Origin: an uncultured bacterium
GTDB taxonomy: Bacteria; Abyssobacteria; SURF-5
Reading direction: 5' to 3'
DNA length: 64,000 nt
Assembly (NCBI GenBank): GCA_964607485.1
Contig: CAZSKP010000004.1
Coordinates: 125,509-189,508 of the forward strand
A program made the translations under genes and the position numbers. Of this stretch, positions 61,951 through 64,000 are shown piece after piece. Below the pieces are notes generated by a model, which saw nothing but the letters and a program-made list of their open reading frames with translations, ran no database searches and was not told the DNA's origin. The first letter of the stretch is position 1. Every line of letters starts with the position of its first letter.

Positions 61951-62013
61951 CCAAATCGAATTATTCTTCTTAACTAACTCGTTCTTGCTTCTAAGAGCCT
62001 TACTCTTGGCGTA

Positions 62014-62042
62014 AGCATATCACACCCCACCGCTTTTGTCAA
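62014..62042 (-). promoter_or_regulatory. Sigma70-type promoter of csp
   Basis: Minus strand TTGACA-17 bp-TATGCT with TGn. Confidence 0.75.
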
Positions 62043-62168
62043 GTGGGGGTGCGGGGGACGGTCGGCATTCAGGGGCGGAAGGATGAAGATTTAAGCGTAT
62101 CCACTCTCTCCGTGTCGTCATATGGACTTAATCGACGTCTTCGCGCATGATGAGCATAGGATGCGATT

Positions 62169-62882
62169 TCAGCTACTGATCCTCACTATTTCGCCCAAGA
62201 GCACATCTATGTCATTCGAAAAATCCACTTGAGTCAGGGTTGGCAGAATCTCTCTCTTTCTGATCTGACAGTGAAGATGCTGGTCGGCAATTTTGCGTAA
62301 CGAATCGGACAAGTGGCGCATTGACTCTCCAAAGGACTTAGAACCTTTGTAGTTATTGGAAACCTCTGAAAAGGTCTTGCATCCGAAAACTGGAGGGATA
62401 TGGTCTATCAAGGCACGACCGAGGGTAATAAGCGCCACATAACATTCATATTTGCAGGAAACATTCATTTCTTCGCAGATTTGTATCAATTTACGGAAAT
62501 CATGTTGGGGTGACTTTATAGACCTAAGTTCATTTATTCGCGCCGGATTTACGTAATGACCTGAATTGTGTTTGGCCTTGGTCAAGATGGGTTCAAGCAA
62601 TGGGGATAGTTCTCTACTCAGTCTTTCGAGAGCATTTCCATGGATACGGAAGGAATCTCGGTTACTGCCTGAAGTGAAGTTCCTGGATCTTCTGATGTTT
62701 TTACGAAGCCGAGAGACGTTTGGCTTTGGCAGGTTGAGGCTCGAGAACCACTTCCCTATGTCACCCATCGTAAAATCTTGCTCACCACTTCCCTGCAAGT
62801 TGAAATAAGCAAGATAAATAACCTTGTCAATCTCTTTCTTGCTGAATAGTGATGCTCCCTTTAGGTATTCGGTAAGATTCAT
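62169..62882 (-). CDS. Hypothetical protein: N-terminal wHTH-like region and C-terminal HEPN-like domain
   Basis: EEMNVSCKYECYVALITLGRALID helix pattern and RKIADQH(LH) R-x-H motif; AT-rich. Confidence 0.6.
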   Translation of the reverse strand: MNLTEYLKGASLFSKKEIDKVIYLAYFNLQGSGEQDFTMGDIGKWFSSLNLPKPNVSRLRKNIRRSRNFTSGSNRDSFRIHGNALERLSRELSPLLEPILTKAKHNSGHYVNPARINELRSIKSPQHDFRKLIQICEEMNVSCKYECYVALITLGRALIDHIPPVFGCKTFSEVSNNYKGSKSFGESMRHLSDSLRKIADQHLHCQIRKREILPTLTQVDFSNDIDVLLGEIVRISS

Positions 62883-63448
62883 TCAGCTTCCTTTTCCTTC
62901 GACTTCGACGCTGGAAGGTCATGCTCTACAAAATTGGTGCCGAGAAGCGTAATCCCTAGGTCGTTCATTTTGGAGGTGTCAATGTATCCATATCTCCGTG
63001 ATGTATCCCAGAAACTTTGTTGAAACTTTCCGGATGGGCGTCTTGTCACCTCGCGATAACAAGTATAAACGTGATCAGGTGTAACTTTCTCCAGCTGAAG
63101 CATTTGTTTAAGATAATATATAGACACTGTATTGAACTGGAGGTTGGAGCGTGGTTTTTTCTGGTCAACGAATGTCCTAAAGGAGGGTGTTTCTTTATTG
63201 CCGCGCAAGTTCAAATCCTTAACTATTTTGAAGGACTCTTTTCGCGCTGGGGTTTTCTTGGTCTTGCTTTTCCGACTACCAGAGTGTTTCTGCTTTCTCT
63301 CGTTACTTGGTCGGTCGCCGTCTCCAGATTTCCCTAGATACCGGTCCATCAGTAGGTCAAAGACCTGCTTTTGCAGTGATTCCGGATAGTTACCTAGCAA
63401 CTTTGCGATCTCCTGTAATTCGGTTTTGAGTTCCTCATAAGACGTCAT
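62879..63448 (-). CDS. Hypothetical protein with a basic linker and probable C-terminal winged helix
   Basis: RBS GGAGG; YGYID...ITLLG.NFV wing-like motif; ATGA overlap with the downstream gene. Confidence 0.7.
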   Translation of the reverse strand: MTSYEELKTELQEIAKLLGNYPESLQKQVFDLLMDRYLGKSGDGDRPSNERKQKHSGSRKSKTKKTPARKESFKIVKDLNLRGNKETPSFRTFVDQKKPRSNLQFNTVSIYYLKQMLQLEKVTPDHVYTCYREVTRRPSGKFQQSFWDTSRRYGYIDTSKMNDLGITLLGTNFVEHDLPASKSKEKEAE

Positions 63449-63716
63449 TTCTATCCCTCCGTTCTAACATTATCCACTGAATCAATATGAAATGAGATTC
63501 ACAATCTCACACGCTTTGTGCACGCACACTTGGTAAATTTCCTCATATTGTTTCAGTGCGGACCACGTCCTTCACACAAATAGTAAATAGGATAGAATCA
63601 TCATTCCTGAATAGACCTTCTGTGAGTGTCGAGCCGAAGAGGATACGTGCTAATCTTTATAGATATAAAATACTACTTTCAGTTAATTAAAGTCAAGCCT
63701 AAGGGGCCGCAGGCCC

Positions 63717-64000
63717 CGGGGGAAAGGGGGAAACGGGGAAAAGGGGAAATCCGTGGTTGAAAGTAAGTCTTGAGCCTTGAGTCCAGAGTCCGGAGGCGAA
63801 GGATGAAGGACGAGGGGCGAAGGATGAAGAGCGAAGAGCGAAGACCGGAAACCGTAAACCAAAATCCCCGTGATTCTCCGTGATCTCCGTGGTGAATTTG
63901 GCTTTGCCATGGAAATTAACAAAAACTTCCTTGACCGACTTCTTAGCGTGTGGTTCAATGCGCTTGAGTCAACCGATTGTAGGGGCGCATGGCCATGCGC
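63717..64000. repeat. Second short-repeat mosaic (runs off the window end)
   Basis: GGGGAAA(A/C) 8-mers, GAAGGAT/GAAGAGC heptamers, CTCCGTGAT 9-mers, GTAGGGGCGCA REP at 63979. Confidence 0.75.

Noticed and set aside
63470-63478. DnaA box / oriC (TTATCCACT)
   Set aside because: A single mismatched box with no cluster; the DnaA-like giant gene lacks domain IV and has no dnaN neighbour.

Overview
A 64-kb GC-rich chromosomal segment from an anaerobic bacterium, mostly housekeeping genes. Energy and catabolism: a NuoF/GltD-type flavoprotein (5'-truncated) plus Cys-type formate dehydrogenase alpha, and a thiolase. Envelope and signalling: a sigma54-driven Ca/metal-binding PKD surface protein, NSS transporter, DUF362, HDOD plus GAF-PAS kinase, a ClpX lacking the Zn-binding domain, and PilZ/MshEN-like proteins coupled to split methionine-synthase modules. 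Operons: tldD-[giant triple-DnaA coiled-coil gene]-larB-larC-coaD-NCS2 permease; cmoA; a manC/uppP/manA/PMM cluster; and a siroheme-route heme operon (ahbC-hemB-ahbD-ahbA-ahbB-hemL) running into a CBS antiporter, PTS-IIA and system II cytochrome c biogenesis genes; then a cold-shock gene. Two AT-rich accessory islets lie at about 5.7-7.9 kb and 62.2-63.4 kb. Best findings: (1) a MerB (organomercurial lyase)-like gene, 25422-26192 minus strand, that the ORF track splits into pieces because both catalytic Cys positions are in-frame UGA codons, each followed by a SECIS-like hairpin, so a probable two-selenocysteine enzyme; (2) a 1744-aa protein with three DnaA/Hda-type AAA+ modules and a roughly 1000-aa coiled coil but no DNA-binding domain IV; (3) a wHTH + HEPN-like two-gene module between repeat mosaics; (4) MITE-like shells whose shared terminal inverted repeat encloses different palindromic cargos. 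No rRNA, tRNA, CRISPR array or transposase was recognised. All calls come from reading the sequence; no database search was run.
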